IMG/VR virus record: IMGVR_UViG_3300003375_000004
Location: 1-39,528 of that record
From: a virus
Lineage: Duplodnaviria; Caudoviricetes
Strand: one strand, 5' to 3'
Length of the DNA: 39,528 nt
Below, piece by piece: positions 1 through 7,670 of this stretch. Each line of letters starts with the position of its first letter. The stretch's first letter is position 1. Both the position numbers and the translations under genes were made by a program. The notes beneath the pieces were generated by a model. That model saw nothing but the letters and a program-made list of their open reading frames with translations, ran no database searches and was not told the DNA's origin.

Positions 1-101
1 ATGCTTTATAAATTATTTAAATTTTTATTCAGGAAACAATTTGAGGCCGACATTCAAGAGGAGGTGTCAAGGTGGGTCCTAAAATAGTATGGAAAATTAT
101 T
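1..101. repeat. Terminal direct repeat, left copy (circularisation overlap)
   Basis: Bases 1-101 are identical to 39428-39528. Confidence 0.97.
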
Positions 102-325
102 TATTTCTTTCCGGATTATTGGTCCTGGGTTTGTGGAGTGCGCTTCTATTTGTTTGGATTAAAATCTATAAACAAACCCAACCGAAAGAATGGATGCAGT
201 ATTACGAAGTGATGACAGACAAGGACTGGGAACTATTAAAGTTCCAGCACAGAGTGGCTAGGGCGATGATTACGCTTGCGGTCATCTTCCTCTGCTACGG
301 CTTGGTGTCACTAATAATCAGTTGA
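89..325 (+). CDS. Small membrane protein with two hydrophobic helices
   Basis: 78-aa ORF with hydrophobic segments at both ends. Confidence 0.7.
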   Translation: MENYLFLSGLLVLGLWSALLFVWIKIYKQTQPKEWMQYYEVMTDKDWELLKFQHRVARAMITLAVIFLCYGLVSLIIS

Positions 326-633
326 ATATCACCAATTTTCAGTTCTCGGATACTTTTAACACCGCTATTGAAGCCAAGGTGACGGCCGAACAGAACGCTC
401 TCGCCGCTAAAAACAAGCTTGACCAAGTTAAGTTTGAAGCCGACCAGCGTGTCGCTCAGGCGCAAGGTGAGGCCGAAGCTATCAAAATCCAGGCTCAGGC
501 TATCCAAGCCCAAGGTGGGGCAGAATATGTCAAATTACAGTGGATTAGCAAATGGGACGGTAAGCTCCCGTCCACTTCATTGGGAAGTTCTAACGGGGTA
601 ATTCTTGACTTAGGCTCTCCGACAACTAAATAA
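322..633 (+). pseudogene. C-terminal fragment of an SPFH/prohibitin (band 7) family protein
   Basis: NITNFQFSDTFNTAIEAKVTAEQNA...AQAQGEAEAIKI...KWDGKLP is the typical prohibitin-like C-terminal half. An in-frame TAG at 259-261 leaves no room for the N-terminal domain. Confidence 0.8.
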
Positions 634-655
634 AAAAAAGAGGAAGATTATTCTT

Positions 656-1199
656 CCTTAAGGGAAATTCGTGAGGGTGTGGGCGTATCTCACATTCGGT
701 CAAGCCATTGGCGGACTAAACAATAATAATTATTCAGGCACGACACCACAAAAGCTGGTATGGAAAGGGATAGGGTGTGAATATCCCCAGCTTCCAGTAG
801 TATAATTATTATCTTTGTCTAGCAAAACTGATAGCCCTCACTTTTCCTTAAGGCGGAGTAATACGCCATTTTACAAACAACGGATTATCTAGGGTAAACA
901 GTTATCGGTCTGGCTGCGCCAGCAATGGCCGTCCCTATAATGATAATCTAGTAAGGAAAGCACGACTCAGAACGTGCTATCACGAAACAGGCCTTACTGC
1001 TTGGTAAAGCATACCCATCAATAGAGAGTCTAAAGCTCTTGAGGTGTTGACCGCTACGGGGAGGAAAGTTAAAAGCTAAACAATGGGTCGTGCCATTGTC
1101 CTCCCCGTAGGATTTAATTGTTTGTTGCCACCAGTCGTCATTGCTAGGGTAGCTCCCGATACGAAAGCCTTTGGCCTAGTGAAAAACAAGATGACTGGC
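656..1199 (+). ncRNA. Tandem structured non-coding RNA region (about five stem-closed domains)
   Basis: No credible ORF. Closing stems include CCTTAAGGGAAA..GTGAGGG / CCCTCAC.TTTTCCTTAAGG, GATTATC/GATAATC, AGTAAGG/CCTTACT, CTACGGGGAGG/CCTCCCCGTAG and CCAGTCGTC/GATGACTGG. Confidence 0.55.
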
Positions 1200-1258
1200 G
1201 TTAGTAAATAATAAAATCTATCAATTTTTATTAAATTGATACTTATTGACAACATTTT

Positions 1259-1603
1259 ATGCCTAAACTTACAACAGACCTCCGCTATGTTTCCAATTGT
1301 TGCCACGCCGATATAGGAATCAGCACCATTCCTAGAGGGAAAGGGCGAGAAAGATATTTCTGCAAGAAATGCCAAAAACCCTGTAGGCTAATTATGGTTA
1401 AACCATTATCTGATAAAGAAACTCAAAAGGCCGTTGTGAGCGCACTAGAAAACCTTCAAGGCAAAGAAACAGAAAACCGTCAAATCATCACCGACCTTAT
1501 CCACATAGGAATGCTTAGACAAATTATAAATGAAACTCCCGGAATAGACCCAAATCATTTATTCACTAACGAACAATTATTAACTTGGTTAAAAATTAAC
1601 TAG
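1259..1603 (+). CDS. Hypothetical protein with N-terminal Cys-rich zinc-finger-like motif
   Basis: SNCCHA...YFCKKCQKPC motif. Confidence 0.75.
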   Translation: MPKLTTDLRYVSNCCHADIGISTIPRGKGRERYFCKKCQKPCRLIMVKPLSDKETQKAVVSALENLQGKETENRQIITDLIHIGMLRQIINETPGIDPNHLFTNEQLLTWLKIN

Positions 1604-1604
1604 T

Positions 1605-2243
1605 ATGTCAAAATTACAAAACATCATTAAATGGCTTTACATTAACGGGAAAGACTGGCAATGCCCGCAAGAATTTAGAGAAAAGTTTATTGAAATGCTA
1701 GAGAGTGAGTTAGAAGAAACTTCACCAATCCACAAATCAGTGGAAGAATTTGTCAAAGAAGTAAGCGAAACAAAAACGAAGTCCATCACCAAACTCTTAG
1801 AAAAAGGAGTAAAACTACCAGCTTGCGATGGGAAATTATACATCTCCAACGCTAAAAAAACTTTTAAAAGTTGGATTGACGAAGATTTTAATAACTGGGA
1901 GTTGGATAAAGCTATCTTAAAAACTAAAGAAACCTTATTAGAAGTCAGAGAAATACTCGAGGATGGAACTTTTAAGAATCTTTTTGGCTCATTAAGCGAG
2001 GATTTGGATAAACTGGTAATGACTCAGAGCCAAATCATTCGCTTCTGCGAAAAACACCCGACTCTATTAAGACAGGACGGCTACGGAACTTTCTTTTTAA
2101 TAAAAGAAAACAACGAATTTTTCGTGGTCGGCGTGCGCGTGAATGCCGACGGCCTGGACGCTTGCGTCAGCCGCCTTGAGCACGGCCTTGTTTGGGACGG
2201 TGAGTACCGCCATCGCTTGGTTGTTCCGCAACTTGTTGCTTAG
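1605..2243 (+). CDS. Putative DGR target protein (C-terminal CLec-like variable region)
   Basis: The C-terminus FVVGVRVNADGLDACVSRLEHGLVWDGEYRHRLVVPQL is encoded by an abruptly GC-rich, A-poor 110 nt made largely of NNC/NNT codons between fixed hydrophobic codons. Confidence 0.75.
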   Translation: MSKLQNIIKWLYINGKDWQCPQEFREKFIEMLESELEETSPIHKSVEEFVKEVSETKTKSITKLLEKGVKLPACDGKLYISNAKKTFKSWIDEDFNNWELDKAILKTKETLLEVREILEDGTFKNLFGSLSEDLDKLVMTQSQIIRFCEKHPTLLRQDGYGTFFLIKENNEFFVVGVRVNADGLDACVSRLEHGLVWDGEYRHRLVVPQLVA

Positions 2244-2286
2244 TCACTTATAATCCTTGAATCTTAGAACCTTAGACACTTAGAAA
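2232..2286 (+). repeat. 7-9 nt periodic CTT(A/G) repeats, consensus CTTAGA
   Basis: CTTGTTG CTTAGTCA CTTATAATC CTTGAAT CTTAGAAC CTTAGACA CTTAGAAA. Confidence 0.75.
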
Positions 2287-2434
2287 AATATGATTATTTT
2301 TTGGAGATGATATTACTACGAATTAAATTTTACTTTCACTCCCTATCCCCTATTGTGGAAGAATGGTTATAGAGCATATTTAATTTGGAGGTGTAAGTGG
2401 TTTTGTATAATTAAATACTTTCAGTAAAAATAAT

Positions 2435-2725
2435 ATGACTAAAGAAAAAATAATGGAGGAATGGAAAAATTGGGCTTTTACCCATAAACAACATCTCGGA
2501 AGAAATTGTGATATAAAAGAAATTGAAAACTTCATCTCCACCTTCCTAGACGAATACCGCGAGGTAGTAATCAACGAATGTATCGCAGCGTTACCCGAGA
2601 AGAAAATAATCCACGACCTTGACCAACAAGTCAACCAAGACTTTGACTACACATCTGAAGATATAAAAAACGCAGTGAACGAGTCAATCAGAGAAACTAA
2701 AGAAAAACTAATTAAACTCATTTAA
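2435..2725 (+). CDS. Hypothetical protein
   Basis: 96-aa ORF on the sense strand of the early arm with an AT-rich start context. Confidence 0.7.
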   Translation: MTKEKIMEEWKNWAFTHKQHLGRNCDIKEIENFISTFLDEYREVVINECIAALPEKKIIHDLDQQVNQDFDYTSEDIKNAVNESIRETKEKLIKLI

Positions 2726-2729
2726 TTAT

Positions 2730-2960
2730 ATGGAAATTTTTTACACAAAAGACGAAGACGAATTATTAAAGGCGGTAGGTTGTGATAGAGATAAATTTTG
2801 GGAATATATGAGTCTTGACGACTGGGACTACGCTTTAGTTATCAAGGGAGAAATAAGGCCAAAATATCTTCCAGAACGCTTGCTCACTGGAGTTTGTAGT
2901 AATGATTGGAAATATTTTCCAGATGAGAATAAAACGGTAGGGATAGCTTATCACGCATAA
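2730..2960 (+). CDS. Hypothetical protein
   Basis: 76-aa ORF starting 4 nt after the previous stop. Confidence 0.75.
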   Translation: MEIFYTKDEDELLKAVGCDRDKFWEYMSLDDWDYALVIKGEIRPKYLPERLLTGVCSNDWKYFPDENKTVGIAYHA

Positions 2961-3014
2961 ATAACCAAAGAAAAAAGAGCCGAGGGACTCTCTTCCCTCT
3001 TAATTTTAAAACAT

Positions 3015-3656
3015 ATGAACACGCTAAAACTAACAAAAAATGATTTCAAAGACACAAATTCTTATTACAAAGAATACATTGGGAAAACCGATGTCAGTAA
3101 TTATGAAGGTCATATTGAAATTGAGGGAAATTTGGGCTGGGTAAAATTTAATGGAAGTTTAAGAGCCACTGGAAGAATTTTTGCCGAGGCTGGATCGGGC
3201 ATTAAGGCTGGCTTGGGCATTGAGGCTGGCTCGGGCATTAAGGCTGGCTGGGGCATTAAGGCTGGCGAGGGCATTAAGGCTGGCACTGGCATTAAGGCTG
3301 GCTCGGGCATTGAGGCTGGCTTGGGCATTGAGGCTGGCTCGGGCATTAAGGCTGGCGAGGGCATTAAGGCTGGCACTGGCATTGAGGCTGGCTGGGGCAT
3401 TGAGGCTGGATTATCAATCACCTGTAAACTAGCAATTTCCTGGGGTATTAAAATGTTCGCTGGTATTTGCTGTTGGAGAGAAATTAAAGAAGAAGAAAAG
3501 ACAATTACTTGCGGAAAGTTAGAGCCAAAAGACGGAGCCGTAGTTGAATACGGAATAGTCAAAGAACTAGGAATGCCAAACGAAAAACCAAGTCTAAGTG
3601 GTAAGACTGTAAAAGTAGAATTAGACGGAGTTAGCTACGAAGCTATTATTAAATAA
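3015..3656 (+). CDS. Hexapeptide-repeat (GI[K/E]AGx) protein, probable beta-solenoid
   Basis: 12 full GI(K/E)AGx repeats between unique N- and C-terminal regions. Confidence 0.85.
   Translation: MNTLKLTKNDFKDTNSYYKEYIGKTDVSNYEGHIEIEGNLGWVKFNGSLRATGRIFAEAGSGIKAGLGIEAGSGIKAGWGIKAGEGIKAGTGIKAGSGIEAGLGIEAGSGIKAGEGIKAGTGIEAGWGIEAGLSITCKLAISWGIKMFAGICCWREIKEEEKTITCGKLEPKDGAVVEYGIVKELGMPNEKPSLSGKTVKVELDGVSYEAIIK
3186..3413 (+). repeat. 18-bp coding tandem repeat, 12 full units plus one partial
   Basis: Unit GGC ATT (A/G)AG GCT GGC NNN; full units run from 3198 to 3413. Confidence 0.97.
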
Positions 3657-3666
3657 TCCCTCTTTA

Positions 3667-3870
3667 ATGTTAAATGATATGGATAATACAATATATTTTA
3701 TAGAAGTTTGTTTTAGAAAAGGTTTTGGTATTGATATTCAATTTGATAATGGATTTGTTGGCAACGCATTTATAATTTCACTACCATTTATTGCTATTGT
3801 TTTTAGAGTTCCAAGAAAAAGTAAAAATGAAAGAACCGCATACCCTTGGAAGTGGTTTGGTTTCTATTAA
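3667..3870 (+). CDS. Small hydrophobic hypothetical protein
   Basis: 67-aa ORF on the sense strand. Confidence 0.6.
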   Translation: MLNDMDNTIYFIEVCFRKGFGIDIQFDNGFVGNAFIISLPFIAIVFRVPRKSKNERTAYPWKWFGFY

Positions 3871-3895
3871 TCCCCCAAGATAAATAAGTAAAAAT

Positions 3896-4018
3896 ATGAT
3901 ATATCTAATAGTATTTTCAGCGTTCATTATTGGAGCAATCGGACACGAATTTGATATGGCTAGAAATTTTAGAAAAGATGGAGATTGCCACGCTTGGTTT
4001 TTCAAAATAAGTAAATAA
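3896..4018 (+). CDS. Small membrane peptide (40 aa), not in the ORF track
   Basis: MIYLIVFSAFIIGAIGHEFDMARNFRKDGDCHAWFFKISK following AAAAAT-ATG. Confidence 0.55.
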   Translation: MIYLIVFSAFIIGAIGHEFDMARNFRKDGDCHAWFFKISK

Positions 4019-4042
4019 TCTAATAAACTAACCTCTAATTTT

Positions 4043-4185
4043 ATGACAGCAGGAGATACTTGGGGCCAAATAGCGGATAGTCTTGACAGTTCAATGGATG
4101 TGTTCGGTCAAAGACACTTATTTGCCACCTCTAAAGACAAAGAGTCTTGGAAAGAATGGATGAGAAAGAAATTTTCAATAAACTA
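4043..4185 (+). CDS. Small hypothetical protein (about 47 aa), not in the ORF track
   Basis: MTAGDTWGQIADSLDSSMDVFGQRHLF...KFSIN, flanked by 17-bp direct repeats; ends approximate. Confidence 0.55.
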
Positions 4186-4305
4186 ACCTCTAAGGATATG
4201 GAATTATTCCTAAACATTTTCCTGCCCATTATCTTAATAGTCTTATCAATAATTGGGGTTTGTTGCGTGTAATTTTAAACAACTTAATATAGGAGGAAAC
4301 AAACA

Positions 4306-4575
4306 TTGATTACAGTATTTTATTCAAGTCAAAAATGGTATTGCCTGCTAGGACCAGAAGAATACCGAAAAATGAAGAAGGAAACGCCTGATGTGGAGAT
4401 TAACCTTTACATCAAGTCTATCCGCTTAAAAGCAAAGATAGGGGAAACTTATATCTTTGAAAAGGCTCCCAAAGTTCCACCTAATGAGGACTTTGAGTGT
4501 CCAGAGAAAGAAAGGCCAACCAAAAAGGAAGGCTTAACAGGGGCGTTAAAAAAACCGCCTAATCCTCACGGATAG
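4306..4575 (+). CDS. Hypothetical protein
   Basis: 89-aa ORF with a TTG start preceded by AGGAGG. Confidence 0.5.
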   Translation: MITVFYSSQKWYCLLGPEEYRKMKKETPDVEINLYIKSIRLKAKIGETYIFEKAPKVPPNEDFECPEKERPTKKEGLTGALKKPPNPHG

Positions 4576-4627
4576 GCAAAATGGGGATGGAGGGCAAACA
4601 ATAAGTTTTCCCTCTCCCCTTTCTATT

Positions 4628-5005
4628 ATGAAATACTTAATCATATTCCTACTCTTATTCCCCCTCACCTGTCACGCTGATATTTATACCGACCTTAATG
4701 CTAACCGGACTAAGCCATTAGTGATAAGCCAACAAATAGGTAAAAGTGTTAAATACAAGGTTCAGCAAATGATAAATAATAAAAAACTATCCCACGATAA
4801 TCCCGATGTTTTATCGGTGTTTAAGAAGTTCAATGTTAAATGTGAGGTTGCTGGTGAGATATTAAGTAAAGGATACACCAGTAAAGAAGTAGTCGCCGCC
4901 TGGATGAAGTCATCCGCCCATAAAGCCATAATCATTGACCCAGATTTTAATAAGGTCGGGTGCTACTGTGAGAAGGGATATTGTGCGTGTCAATTTAGTA
5001 ATTAA
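4628..5005 (+). CDS. Secreted CAP/SCP-domain protein
   Basis: Signal peptide, then LSH...AGEILSKG...VVAAWMKSSAHKAIIIDPDFNKVG, matching the CAP signature. Confidence 0.88.
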   Translation: MKYLIIFLLLFPLTCHADIYTDLNANRTKPLVISQQIGKSVKYKVQQMINNKKLSHDNPDVLSVFKKFNVKCEVAGEILSKGYTSKEVVAAWMKSSAHKAIIIDPDFNKVGCYCEKGYCACQFSN

Positions 5006-5015
5006 CTATAAAACT

Positions 5016-5195
5016 ATGGAAAAAGAGAAAGAAAGGGAAATATTTTTTGCTAGAATACATAGGTTGACGGAAGCTTGTAAAAGATTTAGGAATAAAGAAT
5101 TTGGAGAAACACAAATGCAGAGTATATTAGTAAAAGAAATTTTAGATGCTCAATTAGAGCAAGCGGAAATAGTCAAAAAAATGATAAAAAAATAA
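5016..5195 (+). CDS. Hypothetical protein
   Basis: 3' part of the listed ORF 4935-5195; the likely start is MEKEKE (start approximate). Confidence 0.55.
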   Translation: MEKEKEREIFFARIHRLTEACKRFRNKEFGETQMQSILVKEILDAQLEQAEIVKKMIKK

Positions 5196-5197
5196 CT

Positions 5198-5746
5198 ATG
5201 AAATTATCCAAACTATCTAAATACTTATTACTAGCCTCTTTCGTCGGTTCTTTCTCGGAGCAAATGCTTATTCCTTATTGGTCGTCTTTCGTTGGAAAGA
5301 TAGGCGGCGACCTAATGGACGCTGGGATTGGTTTCGCTATATTTTCGATCGCCACGGGGATATTTGTCGCCACGATCGGGCAGTCTAAATGGTTTGCTGA
5401 CAACACTAAAAAAATCCTTCTATGGGGATTTATAATCTCGGGACTAGGGGAGTTTAGCTATCTTCTGGTTTCTAACAAATGGGAGCTATTTTTCGTCCAA
5501 TGTATTGTCGGTATTTCTGTTGGTATGCTCAACCCGGCCTGGGATAGCCTTTACACCGAAGATGACGAAGAAGCTGGTAAGAAATGGAGCTTTTGGAGCG
5601 GTGGGGTATCGTTTGTTGTTGGAATAGCCTCGCTAGTAAGCGCCGGAATAGTGTATTGGCTTAATTTTAATACTTTATTTATAACTATGGGCTTAATAGA
5701 CGCCTTGGCGGTATATTATGCTTATAAAGCAGTTAAAAACGTATGA
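5198..5746 (+). CDS. Half-size (about 6 TM) MFS-like transporter
   Basis: About six hydrophobic helices; FVGKIGGDLMDAG, motif-A-like SKWFADNTKK, and GISVGMLNPAWDSLY. Confidence 0.8.
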   Translation: MKLSKLSKYLLLASFVGSFSEQMLIPYWSSFVGKIGGDLMDAGIGFAIFSIATGIFVATIGQSKWFADNTKKILLWGFIISGLGEFSYLLVSNKWELFFVQCIVGISVGMLNPAWDSLYTEDDEEAGKKWSFWSGGVSFVVGIASLVSAGIVYWLNFNTLFITMGLIDALAVYYAYKAVKNV

Positions 5747-5865
5747 AACAAGCAATAATAGAGGTTTTAATGTTTATTTCCCTAATTACTGGCGCCTTTA
5801 TGGTTAATATACCCCTAGGAATAGCGGCGATATTCGGGTGTGTGCTTTACATTATCACGCCATAA
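5743..5865 (+). CDS. Small hydrophobic peptide (40 aa)
   Basis: ATGA overlap with the MFS stop; MKQAIIEVLMFISLITGAFMVNIPLGIAAIFGCVLYIITP. Confidence 0.5.
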   Translation: MKQAIIEVLMFISLITGAFMVNIPLGIAAIFGCVLYIITP

Positions 5866-5882
5866 AACGCCCCAGGATGAAT

Positions 5883-5916
5883 AAAAAAAGGACGGACAGT
5901 AAAATGTCCGTCTTTT
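5883..5916. terminator. Bidirectional intrinsic terminator where the early and late arms converge
   Basis: A7-G-GACGGACA-gtaaaa-TGTCCGTC-TTTT between convergent genes. Confidence 0.88.
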
Positions 5917-5937
5917 GTATTTAATCGTCAATTTGGG

Positions 5938-7047
5938 CTATTGTGGCCTCTCTAGGAGCTTCATTTCACGTATGGCGTTAAGCCTCTCTATGGGGTTAGT
6001 CTGGTAATTGGTCAAAGCAAGGTCAGTCCGGCCACATTTCCCCGGATAATGAATCCGTTTAAACTTTGAACAGGCCTCTTCACAGGCCGACTTTAGGTCG
6101 TAATCGTGGGCGACAACCACCCCAACCTCTTCGGCATAGCCCGCCAAATAGTAAAGACATTCTCCCTCTTCGTTTTCTTCCTCTTGGTAAGTATCGTAAG
6201 GGTAAAAACGGCTCTCGTCAGTATCGTCGTCGAAAGTAAGGGGCAATCCTTGAACGGGGATGTCTATGTTGCAAGAAATAGAAGCCCCATATCCTAAGCG
6301 GAAATGACGGCCAAAGTTTTCTATATTTCCAAGCACCCAGTCAGACATAATTTCGCTAAAAGGGGAAATGGCTAGGCTTAAAAATAACGACGGATGAGCG
6401 TTATACCCAAATCTTGCGCAAAATTCAAGGAAATAATACTTATTATCAGCGACAATTAGGTTAAGGTCTAAAAATCCGGTATAGTCCCTATATTCAGGAA
6501 GTTTTACCAATTTCCAAAGAGTATCTTTTAAAATTTTACATTCCAAATCCATTACAAAACAAACATCTTGAGCGCAACCAATCATCTTGCCGTAATCTCC
6601 ATTATATTTTCTTTTACATTCAAAGTTTCCTTGAGCAAAAAACGGCTTTCCCTTATAAACAAACATTTCCACATTTATCTCAACCCCTTTAACTCTTTCT
6701 TGAAGGATGTAAGGTGTGCTATTGTTTTGAGATTTTAGGAAGTTAAAAATCTCTCGGTTAGCTTTCGGGTCATTATCGTGGTCGGGGCAGGTTGTAATCC
6801 AAGACTTGTTGTCTGGCTCGTCTGGCTTAAACACCCACGCCCTGTCAAAGTTTTCGTCTAGGAAGTTTAGGCCGTCGTCAATGCTAGTAAATTCTTGCGT
6901 TTCTGGAGTATCTAGGCCGGCCTTCTCAATCAATGAAACGCCGAAGTCTCGGTCGTGCTCCATTTGGTCGCTAAGTTCTAGCCCGCCGAATACCATAAAG
7001 CCTTCTTTTTTTAATTGTTCTGCCGGAAATGGCGGTAAATTGCTCAT
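5938..7047 (-). CDS. PurD-like (GAR synthetase-like) ATP-grasp ligase, C-terminal piece
   Basis: EGFMVFGG..SDQMEHDRDFG, WVFKP, ILQERVKGVE, YTGFLDLN and YFLEFCARFGY motifs. Confidence 0.85.
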   Translation of the reverse strand: MSNLPPFPAEQLKKEGFMVFGGLELSDQMEHDRDFGVSLIEKAGLDTPETQEFTSIDDGLNFLDENFDRAWVFKPDEPDNKSWITTCPDHDNDPKANREIFNFLKSQNNSTPYILQERVKGVEINVEMFVYKGKPFFAQGNFECKRKYNGDYGKMIGCAQDVCFVMDLECKILKDTLWKLVKLPEYRDYTGFLDLNLIVADNKYYFLEFCARFGYNAHPSLFLSLAISPFSEIMSDWVLGNIENFGRHFRLGYGASISCNIDIPVQGLPLTFDDDTDESRFYPYDTYQEEENEEGECLYYLAGYAEEVGVVVAHDYDLKSACEEACSKFKRIHYPGKCGRTDLALTNYQTNPIERLNAIREMKLLERPQ

Positions 7048-7664
7048 ATTTTTATATGTCTTTTATAAGTTTCTGTTTTTTTATGGCACTCGACACACAT
7101 TGTTCTTCCATTCTCTAATTTAGTCCTTAACTCGGGATAAAAAGCAAATTGTTTTATGTGGTCAGCGTGTAAATTACCTCCTTTTTTACCACACCAAACG
7201 CAGGTATAATTATCTCTTTCAAAAACAGATTTGCGCCAAAGTTTATATTCCAAGGTTTGTCTATAATGCTTGTTGGTCTTAGTTATTCCCCCCTTCCAGT
7301 TGGGATGTTTGTCCCCCTTGACGGCTTCCGACTTTTTGATGATACTTTCCAAACTATGATGTCTCCCCAGCCAATATTTATGTCCAGTCATCATTTCCCG
7401 AAGAATCTGCTTATGCTCTTCGGTCAAGTGCCTTTTCCCTATCCTAGATTTATTAGAGCAAGTTCGGCACATAGTGGCTCTATGGACTATTGTTTTTCCG
7501 CATTCCGAGCATTTTGGTTTAGATATTCCCCCCTTCCAGTAAGTTGAATTTTCTCCAGTAAGAAATTCATATGAGCATTTTTTACAACAAAATCTAGCAG
7601 TATTTCCTCTTGAATTAACTACTTGGAATATTGACCCACAATTTTCACATTTCTTTTCTATCAT
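7044..7664 (-). mobile_element. HNH homing endonuclease inserted within the PurD-like gene
   Basis: Zinc ribbons (CENC..CKKC, CSEC..CRTC), NUMOD3-like HLTEEHKQIL and HPNWKGG, and HNH core CVWCG..LHADHIK..ENGRTMCVECH. Confidence 0.92.
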
Positions 7665-7670
7665 TACTAT

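Noticed and set aside
1-101. Biological terminal repeat
   Set aside because: It starts at an ATG and ends inside a gene, so it is more simply explained as an assembly overlap of a circularly permuted genome.
950-998. Hammerhead ribozyme suggested by CGAAAC between stems
   Set aside because: No CUGANGA core is present.
656-1199. tRNA genes or a DGR template repeat in the non-coding island
   Set aside because: No cloverleaf with a GTTC T-loop, and no similarity to the 2121-2233 segment.
3186-3413. CRISPR-like array
   Set aside because: The units are contiguous 18-mers with no spacers and are in frame within a protein.
3110-3562. Antisense (PALM repeat) and alternate-frame (RALRLA) ORFs
   Set aside because: These are shadows of the stop-free repeat; the 3015-3656 frame has proper unique flanks.
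7284-7539. 16-bp direct repeat ATTCCCCCCTTCCAGT
   Set aside because: It encodes the duplicated WKGGI motif inside the HNH protein and is not an att site.
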